Source: Eledone cirrhosa
Lineage: Eukaryota
Assembly (NCBI GenBank): GCA_964016885.1
Contig: OZ024748.1
Span: 51,460,001 to 51,524,000 of the forward strand
DNA length: 64,000 nt
Direction: 5' to 3'
The position numbers were made by a program, and so were the translations under genes. Below the pieces are notes generated by a model, which was given only the letters and a program-made list of their open reading frames with translations, made no database searches and was not told the origin of the DNA. Shown here piece by piece: positions 27,736 through 40,932 of this stretch; the stretch's first letter is position 1, and every line of letters begins with the position of its first letter.

Positions 27736-27778
27736 ACGATGTACTAGTTTCAAGCTTATTAGCTATCGTCAGCATCGT
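27736..27778 (-). ncRNA. minimal type I hammerhead ribozyme motif
   Basis: Reverse complement reads acgatg-CTGACGA-t agct aata agct t-GAAA-ctag-TA-catcgt. 6-bp stem I, 4-bp stem II, 1-bp stem III with palindromic CUAG loop, GUA triplet. Confidence 0.8.
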
Positions 27779-27866
27779 ATACCTTCCTGCCAGATGGTTG
27801 AACGTCTGAAAGTATATACTTTCCTTATGCATATTAACGGCTGAGCAGCCTAATTTGCATATCGAG

Positions 27867-27902
<36 letters not shown>

Positions 27903-28032
27903 TATATATATATGCAAAAAGTAAACAGAAATGACAAAGTACAATGAAGAAATATGTTAGTTTAATGCTTAATATAGTAGGAAAAGGGTTTTAATGTTTT
28001 GGAAACTATATATATACATATATGTCTGTGTG

Positions 28033-28088
<56 letters not shown>

Positions 28089-28108
28089 TATATATACACA
28101 CACACACA

Positions 28109-28149
<41 letters not shown>

Positions 28150-28165
28150 TCCAAAACAATAAAAC

Positions 28166-28196
<31 letters not shown>

Positions 28197-28399
28197 CGTT
28201 ATTCCGGGTTGAATCGGAGGTAACCACAGTAAGTAAGGTACTCAATACATAGCAGAGTATAAAAGTTTTAATATAGATGAGATTCTACAGGACTAGAACT
28301 GTTTCATTCATTAGAAATCATCATTAGAAATCATTAGAAATCATCAGGAATTCTGATGATTTCTAATGAATGAAACAGTTCTAGTCCTGTAGAATCTCA

Positions 28400-28405
<6 letters not shown>
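28197..28405 (-). mobile_element. fold-back hammerhead element, family A, in (TA)n
   Basis: Palindrome centred on gaattc (about 28350) with CTGATGA-tttc..gaat-GAAA-cag ttctagtc ctg-TA on both strands. Tail TATTGAGTACC... Confidence 0.75.
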
Positions 28406-28471
<66 letters not shown>

Positions 28472-28744
28472 AAAATCTATAACAAATATGAGATCATTTC
28501 TTTCTGAATGTTTTTTTTTTGTCCATTGTGTTTTAACTCTGTTTACCTATATCTATTCACCCCTACTCACCCTACTACCTCATTAAGATTATGCTACTGC
28601 CGTTAGAGTTGTTCTGATCATCACATGTGTTGTTGCTATTCTTGCTATACACTAAGTACAAGAATATAATGAAATAGCTGGTAGTATCTTGTATTTAATT
28701 AGTAAATGAAACAGACGGGAAGAACAAATCAACAATGAAATGCA

Positions 28745-28775
<31 letters not shown>

Positions 28776-28788
28776 CATATATATATAT

Positions 28789-28989
<201 letters not shown>

Positions 28990-29056
28990 TACATATATAT
29001 AAACACATAACACATATTTATAGAGATATGTATGTATATATTTATACATTCACTTC

Positions 29057-29087
<31 letters not shown>

Positions 29088-29145
29088 TATATATAAACAC
29101 ATAACACATATTTATAGAGATATGTATGTATATATTTATACATTC

Positions 29146-29218
<73 letters not shown>

Positions 29219-29324
29219 TACATACACATACACTCACATACATAAACACATATTTGTACACATACATACACACACATCAAAACTTTGTGTTTTTGCATCT
29301 CTGTGTTTGTCTTGTTTATTCTTG

Positions 29325-29394
<70 letters not shown>

Positions 29395-30749
29395 GGAAAA
29401 ATAGGAAAAAAAATCTATATATTTCCAACCACAATAATACACTAAAAAAAAATACAGAAAAACAAATCCAATGAATTATATGAGGGGGAAGAGACAATAG
29501 ACAAGAATGCGGATAAATGAGAATATATATAAAGAATTATGAGGAGAAGGGGTACTAGATGAATGGGGGAGAGAGAAAGTGTGTATCAAAGACATAGAAA
29601 GATGTAGGGAGAACTGGAGAGGGCTTGGAAGGGAAGTAAATGAATTCTTTCATTAAATTCCATCTTAAAATATACCACAATAATAAATAGCTCTCCATTG
29701 AAGAAGTAAAAAAAAAAGTGGTTATATTCATTTATCACTATATAAACAACAATGTATAGATACTTATGTATGTATGTATGTATACACACAAATATATATA
29801 TATATATATAATCATAATTGTATGTATGCTTTTCCATGCTGGCATGGGTTAGACAGCTTATAAATATATATTCATATATATATATATATGTGGATATATG
29901 AGCATACACAAACTCAGGCACACACCCACCAACATACATGCACACACATTTTTATGCTTGTCTTTCTCGACAAATGTAGACATCTGTCTATTTTTCTGCC
30001 TTTTTATGTGGACAGAAAAGACTGAATGGCCACTCTTGAGTTGCCTTTCTGATTGGAGTCCCCTTCAGAGATTATGTACACCTCCTATTCAAGGAGAAAT
30101 ATATAACTAATTGCTTTAAAAGTGTACCAATATCAAATATGTTAGTATCAACAAACCGAAATGTCCAATTTGCATTATATTATTTCCTACACAGCTAAAT
30201 ACCTCAATTTGATACAAAATTTTACACTATACTTCTAAGACATAGGATAAATACACTATCTGAATAGAAACATGTGAAAATAAATACACTGTCAATAAAA
30301 ACACTGTAAAGTGGTCATGATGATGAAATGGTAAAAAGCACCCAGTCCACACTGTAAATGAAGTTGGCATTAGGAAGGGCATCCATCTGTAGAAACCAAG
30401 CCAAAATCAGTTCTGTATGAACAAGATATGGTCACCTGACCTAACATTGCCCACAATAGGACAACTCGTCTAACCCATACCAGAGTGGAGAAATGGACGT
30501 AAAGTGATGATGATGATGATGTCAAATTATAAACATGTGTCCTGTTTAGGTATTTCATTGTGGACAAAGAAATGACAAATGCAATAATATTTTGACTAAT
30601 TGGTGCCTTCTTCAGAGACTGCGTACACATCTCTCTGTCCACAGAGAAATATACAACTAATGGCTTTATAACCCCACCAAATATGATAGAATCAACGGAT
30701 TCAGTTTCAGTGAATTCAAAATTTTGTTTTGCATATTATTTGTGTTTAA

Positions 30750-30948
30750 CACTTTAGCATTTAAACCAGCCATATCTGGCCAGAACTCTCTCAAACTGGC
30801 TGTAACTGGCCACTCATACTGATGTTAAGTTATTGTTCTCAAAGTAAATACTATCAAAATCTCATAGATTCAATATTATGTGACATAATTATGTGAGGTA
30901 AAGCTTTTAATACAATAGTAAATATAGAGTAATGTGAATGCAAAAGTG
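30750..30948 (+). mobile_element. piggyBac-type MITE, same family
   Basis: TTAA flanks, cactttagcatt / aatgcaaaagtg. Confidence 0.8.
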
Positions 30949-31189
30949 TTAAACTACTACTAACTTATTAGATCATAAAGTGTACCCTGTTTTTTTATAG
31001 ATATTTTATGTTATATCTCAGCTACTAAATGCACAATTTAGCATGTCTTCTTTTTTAAATCTTGTAACATGTTTCATTTTTGTCTTCGTTCTTTGCGTAT
31101 CCACCACTTCATCATCACCACCACCAACACTCCCACACACTCACACACGTAGATATTTACACACACACACATGTAGATATTTACACACA

Positions 31190-31695
31190 CACACCACACC
31201 ACAACCACACCACACCACACCACACTACACCACACCACACTACACCACACCACACTACACCACAACCACACCACACTACACCACAACCACACCACACTAC
31301 ACCACACCACAACCCCACTACACCACACCACACTACACCACAACCACACTACACCACACCACACCCCACTACACTACACCACACCATACCACAACCACAC
31401 CACAACCACACCCCACAACCACACTACACCTCCACACCAAACCACAACCACACCGCACTACACCACACCACACCACACCACAACCACACCACAACCACAC
31501 CACACTACACCACACCACACCACACCACTACACCACACCACACCACACTACACCACAACCACACCACACCACAACCCAACTACACCACACCACACCACAC
31601 TACACCACAACCACACCACAACCACACTACACCTCCACACCACATTACACCACAACCCCACTACACCACAACCCACCACACCATACCATACCAAA
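31190..31695. repeat. (CACAC/CACCA)-type pentanucleotide array
   Basis: Direct inspection. Confidence 0.85.
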
Positions 31696-31879
31696 ATATC
31701 ACCAAAAAGCAGCTTACATCTTCTAGAGCCAGAGAACAATGACATCTGTTAGAGAGAATGGTAGCCAAGTGACTAGAGAGACCAGATGTTATTTTAGATG
31801 CAACTTGATGGATCTGTCTTGACAATCTTATACTTAATGGAACAGCAGAAGATAGAATTCTTTATCAATATACAATATC

Positions 31880-32570
31880 GTCCCCCACCCCCACCACCAC
31901 ACACGTCCTCCCCCACCCCCACCACCACACATGTCCTCCCCACCACCACCACACATACACTCCCTGCCCACCACCACATCCTCTCCCCCACCACCACACT
32001 TCCTCCCCCACCACCACATACATCCTCCCCATCACCACCACACACCATCATCCCCCACCCCCACCACACACATCCTCTCTCCCACCCCCACTACACACCA
32101 TCCTCCCCCACCCCCACCACACGCATCCTCTCTCCCACCACCACACATCCTCCCCATCACCACCACATCCTCTCCCCCACCACCACACATGTCGGAGGAA
32201 GTGCTGGTGATTATGGTGGTGGTGTTGGAGGAGGTGCTGGTGGTGGTTTTGGAGGAGGTGTTTGTGTTGATGGTGGAAGTTGCAGTAGTGGTGGTGTTGG
32301 TGATGGTGATGGTGGTGGTGGATTTTGCAGAAGTGGTGGTGGTGTTGGAGGTGGTGCTGGTGCTGATATTGGTCGTAGTGGTGGTTGTGGTGGCAGTGGT
32401 ACCAGCCACATCAAGTGTACTTTTATGCAGTGTAGTGTGTGGTGTGATGTATTGTTGGTGTGGTAGTGTTTGTTACGTTGTGGCAGTGGTGGTGGTTGTA
32501 TTGATGTATTTGTGGTAGTGGTGGTGGTTATGAAGTAGTTATGATGTGGTGGTTGTGGTAGTGGTTGTTC
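31880..32570. repeat. C-rich minisatellite (ccccaccaccacacatcctc) followed by an oppositely biased (GGT)n tract
   Basis: Direct inspection. Strand bias flips at about 32190. Confidence 0.8.
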
Positions 32571-33824
32571 AGGGTCCTGACTCATTCATATAACCACACT
32601 ACCGTTAGTATTGAGTACTCTTGTGAGTAATGGGCTAACCAGTTTCAAAGTAAATGCATCTTGATATATATATATATATACATATATGTGTGTGTGAGTA
32701 TGTGTGTGTGCCTGTAGAGAGAGAGATGCATACATACGTATGTGTGTGTATATATATGTGTCTGTGTGTGAGTTGTAGGCTATAACTATAAAATTGGTAC
32801 ACACAAATATATCTTGACCCCACTCCACTCAGAGGCTGAGTGCATTGTGTGTGCAGACTTTCTTGAGTACTGGGTTTGATATGCTCAATGAAATCCCTCA
32901 AAGGTGGTGCTTTAGTTTGGCTGCAGTCTAATGAGAGACACCAGTAAAATACTCAATGATTAAGCAACTATACTTCCTAAATAATTGTTTCTACTTTAGG
33001 CACAAGGCCAGCAATTACCCAGTGCATTACTGGTACTTTATTTCATCGACTCCGTAAGGATGAAAGGCAAAGTCAACCTCGGCGGGATTTGAACTCAGAT
33101 CGTAAAGGGACGTAACTATGCTGGAAAGCATGGCGTCCGACCCTCTACCGATACTGCCAATCCACTAAATAATGTTATTTTTTTGCAACAGACTAACAAA
33201 AAATATTTTTGTTTTGGAAAAAAACCATTTATATAAATTCTTCTTCATGAATGGAAGTCTAAATGCTGAAAATTGCTAATGATCTCCAGTCAAGCAGTGT
33301 CTACAGGGCAAGATTATCTCATATTAAGATCCAAAGCACTTAAAAGATTATGATGTCCCCCACCCCCACCTCACATATACAAAGTCTGCAATAAACAATT
33401 TGATTTTTTGAATGACAATTACAATTAATTTGAATAAAATGGTGTCCTTCTTTCCTTGATGCCCTAAGCATGTTTTTATTTTGCTTAATTGTGAATTCAT
33501 TCAAGATGTGTCTTTAATTGTATGTTCAATTCTTGGAACATTTCACTTGATATATTTCTTATACCAGTAATATATCAAACTAATAAGGTTGCATCTATGT
33601 AGTTGTTAGAAATGGTGGAATTAGTAGTCAGGTTTTCCACAAATCTCACCTTATCATCTTGAGAATAAAAAAGATACATTAGATTATGTATTGCTACAGA
33701 CAATATGGTGTTTTAAAAGAGATGAAATAGAAAACATTTAACCCTTCTATTCTGTATTTTAATAAATTAATGAAGAATTTGAATGGGTTTATTAAATTAT
33801 TTAGTATTTCATTGTTGTGGAGAG

Positions 33825-33980
33825 TAATGAGATGAGCATACTTCAATGGATATGCAATGTGTGAGAATAACAAAGCATGGAAGAAATGAGGGAGAAACTA
33901 AGTATAAGAGGAATCAGAAGTAGTGCGGAGGTGAGGAAACTGCATTGATATGGACATGTGACATGCATGGATGATAATCA
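33825..33980 (+). mobile_element. short RTE LINE fragment
   Basis: Matches the LRWMCNV...EKLSIRGIR...YGHV segment of the other copies. Confidence 0.75.
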
Positions 33981-34029
33981 TGTTTCAGGAAACACCTGCA
34001 TAGAAATTATATACCATTATTATACAAAG

Positions 34030-34565
34030 GGTATGGCCCTTGCCATTCTGAGTTCAAATCCCGCTGAGGTTAACTTAGCCTTTCATCCTTATGGAGTCGA
34101 TAAAATAAAGTACCAGTAATGCACTGGGTAATTGCTGGGCTTGTGCCAAAATTAGAAACAATTATTATACAAAGGGGGTGGATTGGCAGTATCAGTAGAA
34201 GGTTGGACGCCATGCTTTGATGCATAGAGTTACGGCCCTTTCCAATTTGAGTTCAAATCCCGCTGAGGTTAAGTTTGCCTTTCATCCTTACAGGGTCGAT
34301 AAAATAAAGTACCAGTAATGCACTGGGTATTTGCTGGCCTTGTGCCAAAATTAGAAACAATTATTATACAAAGGGGGGTGGATTGGCAGTATCAGTAGAA
34401 GGTTGGATGCCATGCTTTGATGCATAGAGTTACGGCCCTTTCCAATCTGAGTTTAAATCTCGCCGAGGTTAAATTTGCCTTTCATCCTTACGGGGTCGAT
34501 AAAATAAAGTACCAGTAATGTACTGGGGATTTGCTGGCCTTGTGCCAAAAGTAGAAACAATTATT
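34030..34565 (+). mobile_element. tandem trimer of SINE family M
   Basis: Three head-to-tail copies with a period of about 200 bp, each preceded by attatacaaaggg. Confidence 0.85.
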
Positions 34566-35033
34566 AAACAAAAATGCATTAGCTTATTTATTGCTGTTTC
34601 ACACAAAGCTCCTATTGGCCTCTTGCTTGGATTACATATTATGTTTTATAATGGCACTAACACTAGAGTTGATGTCTTGTCCTCTGCAAGATTAAAACTT
34701 ATTTTCACAAAATTGGAATAAATATAACATGACCCACACAAATCCAGCCTGAGAAATTATCAGCCACAGCAATGTTGAAAATATGTAGGCTAGTCTTAGA
34801 TATTATTAAAGGGAAGCGTTTGTGTGTGTGTTTCCTGTTTGGAAACACACACACATGCACAGACAGAGACAGAGATAAGAATAAAAATGGGGTAGGCATT
34901 ACAATACAATGGGAGGAAACATAATAGTACCACTGATGATGTCACAGATACGTGACGAAAGAAATTTGATAGACTATATATGCCCCAGCATGGCCTCAGC
35001 CGGATGGCTGAAACAGGTAAAAGAGTAAAAGAG

Positions 35034-35066
<33 letters not shown>

Positions 35067-35296
35067 CTGTATTTTTAACCATTGGTCAATCAATGATAAA
35101 CATTGATTACCAGATAAATTAACTATGGAGATATAAAATATATAGAAGCAAAAACCAACCCAAACCAAACAGTGAATGTGTTCTGTTATTATTTCTGGCA
35201 ATATTATAACAATATGACCCTCCTCAAATATAACAAATAGAAAAAACACCACAGCAAACGATAAATTACAATGAAGATATGTTAGTATATATATTA

Positions 35297-35339
<43 letters not shown>

Positions 35340-35889
35340 TAAAAAAATAATGAATAAAACAATGAAACAGTTCCTTATATTAAACAAAAAAAGTTCATTA
35401 TTTAACGATCGTTTCTAGGACATATATGTGTTAGAATTGGCATGCATATTCAACAGATCTATGTACAAAATTATACAAACTATCAAATCTAATATACATA
35501 CCAACACATACATATGCCGTCTTCAGAAATAATGAAATATATTTATTGATAATAACAACAATTCAAAATTACAGGTCTGTTTGGGAACAGAGTTCAAATT
35601 GACCAATGAAATACACAAAAATATATCGAGAAAATACAGTTAGGTGTGTGTATATATGTAAGTAACTTCGTTCACAGATATGCATAAGAATATATGCTCA
35701 CATGCATACGCATGTCGAAAAAATGTATGCAAATACAAAAATTCAGGGCTAATGTCTCTGTATGTTTATAATCTACAGATAAAATACACATACGTATATA
35801 AACATATATACACACTCATATATACACACACATATACATACATTCACGCACACACGCGCATATACTCATAAACATACACATACCCACGA

Positions 35890-35945
<56 letters not shown>

Positions 35946-36157
35946 GTATATATTATTATTATAACTACATGGATATTAAGGCGCACACACAAAAACACTG
36001 CCACTTACATTTTTACATCAATATGCAGAAGATGGTGAAGGGGTTCAGTAATTAATAAGGGTGTCAGAACTGCCTATTTATAGAATGTATCTATAAATTT
36101 AGAAATAAAAAGAAATATATAAAAAAATATATATACATATATTATATATATATATAT

Positions 36158-36907
36158 CATCATCATCATCATTTTACGTCCACTTTTCCCTGCTTACAAG
36201 TGTGGGACGGGTCCTATTCAGCACAGCATCTCTCCACTTGTCATGCTCCTTCGTCATCTCCTCCGTGAGCTTCAGCAATCTCAGGTCTGCTCTCACCACA
36301 CCCACCCATGTTTTTTGTGGTCTTCCTCTACTGCATCTTCCTTCTACTGGGATTTCTTGGCACTTCTTTAACCAGCGGTCATCCTCCATGCACATCACAT
36401 GTCCAAACCATCTCAGTCTACTCTCCCGCACACCACAACTTATCCCTCTTATACACAGTTTCTCTCTCAACTCATCTATACTTGGTCGTTCACGCACATT
36501 TTCATTACACATCCAACGGAGCAAGCTTGCTTCATTTCTCTGCAGCCGTTGCATATCCTCTGTAGTTGCTGCCCATGTCGCATTATCATGAAGCATCATG
36601 CATCTCACACGGGCATCATATAACCCCTGGTTATATGATGCCTTTCGTACGCAGGGAGAAACCGTTCTTTGTCAACAGAGGAAGCAGCTCCCTAAACTTC
36701 TTCCAACCCATCCTTATTATAGATACTATGGCCTCAGAACACCCCCTCCCATGTTAATCTCATCACCTAGGTACCGGAAGCTATCAACCACTTCTATGGA
36801 ACCCACCTGCATTCGAAAAATGTGTCTATCACTGCGATTACTACTGTCAAATTTCCCTGTACATCTACTGCATATGTAGTTTTCCCTACCTGTTAGTTTG
36901 CCTGCTA
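36158..36907 (-). mobile_element. RTE LINE 3' fragment
   Basis: Minus-strand ORF ...LLRWMCN...RLRWFGHVMCMEDDRWLKKC...GRPQKTW. Very similar to the 12750-13415 copy, with a (GAT)n tail. Confidence 0.92.
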
Positions 36908-36920
36908 TTTATGTCTATTT

Positions 36921-36996
36921 ATTTTATTATATATATTTCAAAGATGCAAAGTTTTATGTATTCCATAAACCAAAGCATATCCTCTTCAAACAAGAT
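36921..36996 (-). ncRNA. degenerate hammerhead motif, family B-like
   Basis: Reverse complement reads tcttgt-TTGAAGA-ggatatgc...gcatcttt-GAAA-tatata-TA-ataaaa. Confidence 0.45.
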
Positions 36997-37475
36997 ACAT
37001 ATGAGATGTATAATTTTTTCATGATATGCTGGTAGACAAACGAGGTGGACAATAATACTCTGGATACATATATACTGTTGAGTGCTTGGTATCTGTTATA
37101 TATAAGAATCAGTTGATTACAAATCAACTAGCTCTTTTTTCATTGATTAATATATATATATTACTGCTGAATAAAGTGCAGCCGAAACTCGAATCCGGGA
37201 ACTATTTTAGGCAGCCATTTTATGTGTGTTATATTGAAACGAATAACTATATGTATACTCTGGGAATGTATCTTACATTGCCTATTGAGTACGCTGAAAT
37301 ACTGGGTCCGTCAACTCCTTATTATATATATAACGAAGGAGGTGTGGTAAGGAACCAGATGGACCATAAGGCACCAGAGTACTCAATACTTAGGGTAGTA
37401 GAGTGGGTAATAGGAAAATGTTTAACCCTGACGGCAGAGCTATTACATGTTCCAGCTGACAGGCTGAGGCCATGC

Positions 37476-37520
<45 letters not shown>

Positions 37521-37671
37521 TTTGAGTATATGTTGGTTGTTTACCGACACCTCAGTATGCAGATTGGAGCACTCGACGAAGTACGCAGGTTGGTTTGTTT
37601 ACTCCGGAGTAATGTAAAATAATTAAATCAAATATTTAAATCAAATTTTAAATATTTGACTTAATTATTTT

Positions 37672-37709
<38 letters not shown>

Positions 37710-37711
<2 letters not shown>

Positions 37712-37885
37712 TTCCACTGCAAAGTGGTCGTGGAGGTGCCACGGCAAAAAAGCACCCAGCACCCACTGTAAATGAGGTTGGTGTTAGGAAGGGCATCCAG
37801 CTGTAGAAATCAAGCCAGAATCAGTTCCTGTCCCACCCTTGCAAGCAGGGAAAAAGTGGACGTAAAATGAAATGATGATGATGAA
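37710..37885 (+). mobile_element. SINE family T1, 5'-truncated
   Basis: 3' half of the T1 family with RTE tail. Confidence 0.8.
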
Positions 37886-37892
37886 AAATGAT

Positions 37893-38062
37893 ATATACTA
37901 TAAAGTAAAGTATGTCCATAGAATCATTTAATAATATATATACATCATTTCCTCTCCCAATTAGCATAATTAGCCACACAAAAAGTCAATTAGACCAGGC
38001 TATAAGATTAAAAGGCACCTATGAAGAATGATTCTATGGACATACTTTACTTTATAGTATAT
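37893..38062. repeat. inverted repeat with arms of about 36 bp
   Basis: atatactataaagtaaagtatgtccatagaatcatt / aatgattctatggacatactttactttatagtatat. Confidence 0.85.
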
Positions 38063-38192
38063 TGCTCTGATTATTTAATTTATTAATTCTTCATTGAGCT
38101 ACATCGTGAATGGTTGCCAAAACGCATATATATCTATGACTTTGTTTAATTGGTGTATATGTAAATATTTATATAGAAGCATTTACATATAC

Positions 38193-38253
<61 letters not shown>

Positions 38254-38444
38254 GATAGATTTAAGGCAAAGTACCAAGTATAGACAATAATTGTTTGATG
38301 TGATTCTCAGTTTGGAATTATCTTTCTGCAAGGGAAGATATCAGAACCATTATCCTAGTGAGAAGAACACTAAAACACTATCATGGAATTTATGGCTAGT
38401 GAAAATATCTGAAATAACTTACAACCTGCACATAATGATCAGCA

Positions 38445-38910
38445 TTAGGATGATGGTGATGATGATGATGATGATGATGGTGATGATGATGGTGATGATG
38501 ATGATGGTGATGATGATGGTGATGATGATAGTGGTGATAATGATGATGGTGATGATGATTAGGATGATGATGATGATGATGATGGTGGTGATAATGATGA
38601 TGGTGATGATGATGATGATGATGATGATGATGGTGATGATGGTGGTGAAGATGGTGATGATGATGATTAGGATGATGATGATGATGGTGATAATGATGGT
38701 GATGATGATAGTGGTGATAATGATGATAGTGATGGTGGTGGTGATAAACATGGTGGTGATGATCATAGTGGTGATAATGATGGTGGTGATGATGATGATA
38801 GTGGTGATAAACATGGTGGTGATCATGATGATGATGATGATGGTGGTGTTGATAATGATTAGGATGATGTTGATGATAGTGGTGATAATGATGGTGATGA
38901 TGATGATTAT
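38445..38910. repeat. imperfect (GAT/GGT)n array
   Basis: Direct inspection. Confidence 0.9.
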
Positions 38911-39159
38911 CTTTGTTATTTTCATCATCACCTTAATCGTTAAGCAATAATTATCGTCACTATATAATAATTATTATTATTACTTGCTTTGAAGCATAGA
39001 GTTACATCCCTTTACGATCTGAGTTCAAATCCCGCCGAGGTTAACTTTGCCTTTCATCCTTGCGGGGTCGATAAAATAAAGTACCAGTAATACACTGGGT
39101 AATTGCTGGCCTTGTGCCTAAAGTAGAAACAATTATTACTATAAAATATACTACTACTG

Positions 39160-39191
<32 letters not shown>

Positions 39192-39289
39192 GTCATTATT
39201 ATTATTATTATTACTATTAGTATTATTATCAGTAGTAGTAGTAGATTTTATAGTAGTGGTGGTGGTGCTGGAAGTGGTGGCAGCAGCAG

Positions 39290-40932
39290 TGATGGTGGTA
39301 GTGGACAGTGTGTTGGTGGCAGTGGTTGTGGACAGTGTGTTGGTGGCAGTGGTGGTGGTAGTGGCAGTGTGTTGGTTGCGGTGGTGGTGGACAGTGTGTT
39401 GGTGGCAGTGGTGGACAGTGGTAGTGGTGGACAGTGTGTTGGTGGCAGTGGTGGACAGTGGTAGTGGTGGACAGTGTGTTGGTGGCAGTGGTGGCAGTGG
39501 TGAACAGTGTGTTGGTGGTGGTGGTAGTGGCAGTGTGTTGGTTGCGGTGGTGGTGGACAGTGTGTTGGTGGCAGTGGTGGCAGAGGTGGACAGTGGTAGT
39601 GGTGGACAGTGTGTTGGTGGCAGTGGTGGCAGTGGTGGCAGTGGTGGACAGTGTGTTGGTGGCAGTGGTGGACAGTGGTAGTGGTGGACAGTGTGTTGGT
39701 GGCAGTGGTGGCAGTGGTGAACAGTGTGTTGGTGGTGGTGGTAGTGGCAGTGTGTTGGTTGCGGTGGTGGTGGACAGTGTGTTGGTGGCAGTGGTGGCAG
39801 AGGTGGACAGTGGTAGTGGTGGACAGTGTGTTGGTGGCAGTGGTGGCAGTGGTGGCAGTGGTGGACAGTGTGTTGGTGGCAGTGGTGGACAGTGGTAGTG
39901 GTGGACAGTGTGTTGGTGGCAGTGGTGGCAGTGGTGAACAGTGTGTTGGTGGCGGTGGTAGTGGCAGTGTGTTGGTTGCGGTGGTGGTGGACAGTGTGTT
40001 GGTGGCAGTGGTGGCAGAGGTGGACAGTGGTAGTGGTGGACAGTGTGTTGGTGGCAGTGGTGGCAGTGGTGGCAGTGGTGGACAGTGTGTTGGTGGCAGT
40101 GGTGGCAGTGGTGGACAGTGGTAGTGGTGGACAGTGTGTTGGTGGCAGTGGTGGCAGTGGTGAACAGTGTGTTGGTGGCGGTGGTAGTGGCAGTGTGTTG
40201 GTTGCGGTGGTGGTGGACAGTGTGTTGGTGGCAGTGGTGGCAGTGGTGGACAGTGGTAGTGGTGGACAGTGTGTTGGTGGCAGTGGTGGCAGTGGTGGAC
40301 AGTGTGTTGGTGGTGGTGGTGGTGGTGGTGGTAGTGGCAGTGTGTTGGTTGCGGTGGTGGTGGACAGTGTGTTGGTGGCAGTGGTGGCAGTGGTGGACAG
40401 CGGTAGTGGTGGACAGTGTGTTGGTGGCAGTGGTGGCAGTGGTGGCAGTGGTGGACAGTGTGTTGGTGGCAGTGGTAGTGGACAGTGTGTTGGTGGCAGT
40501 GGTGGTGGTAGTGGCAGTGTGTTGGTTGCGGTGGTGGTGGACAGTGTGTTGGTGGCAGTGGTTGTGGACAGTGTGTTGGTGGCAGTGGTGGTGGTAGTGG
40601 CAGTGTGTTGGTTGCGGTGGTGGTGGATAGTGTGTTGGTGGCAGTGGTGGTAGTGGTGGACAGTGGTAGTGGTGGACAGTGTGTTGGTGGCAGTGCTGGC
40701 AGTGGTGGCAGTGGTGGACAGTGTGTTGGTGGCAGTGGTGGCAGTGGTGGCAGTGGTGGACAGTGTGTTGGTGGCAGTGGTGGTGGACAGTGTGTTGGTG
40801 GCAGTGGTGGCAGTGGTGGACAGTGGTAGTGGTGGACAGTGTGTTGGTGGCAGTGGTGGCAGTGGTAGTGGACAGTGTGTTGGTGGCAGTGGAGGTGGTG
40901 GTGGACAGTGTGTTGGTGGCAGTGGAGGTGGT
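39290..40932. repeat. complex GGT/CAGT minisatellite with a 217-bp higher-order period
   Basis: Basic unit gtggacagtgtgttggtggcagtg. Identical blocks start at 39609, 39826 and 40043. Confidence 0.9.

Noticed and set aside
37086-37622. 178-aa ORF
   Set aside because: Spans several adjacent repeat tails and a (TA)n tract, so it is a chance ORF.
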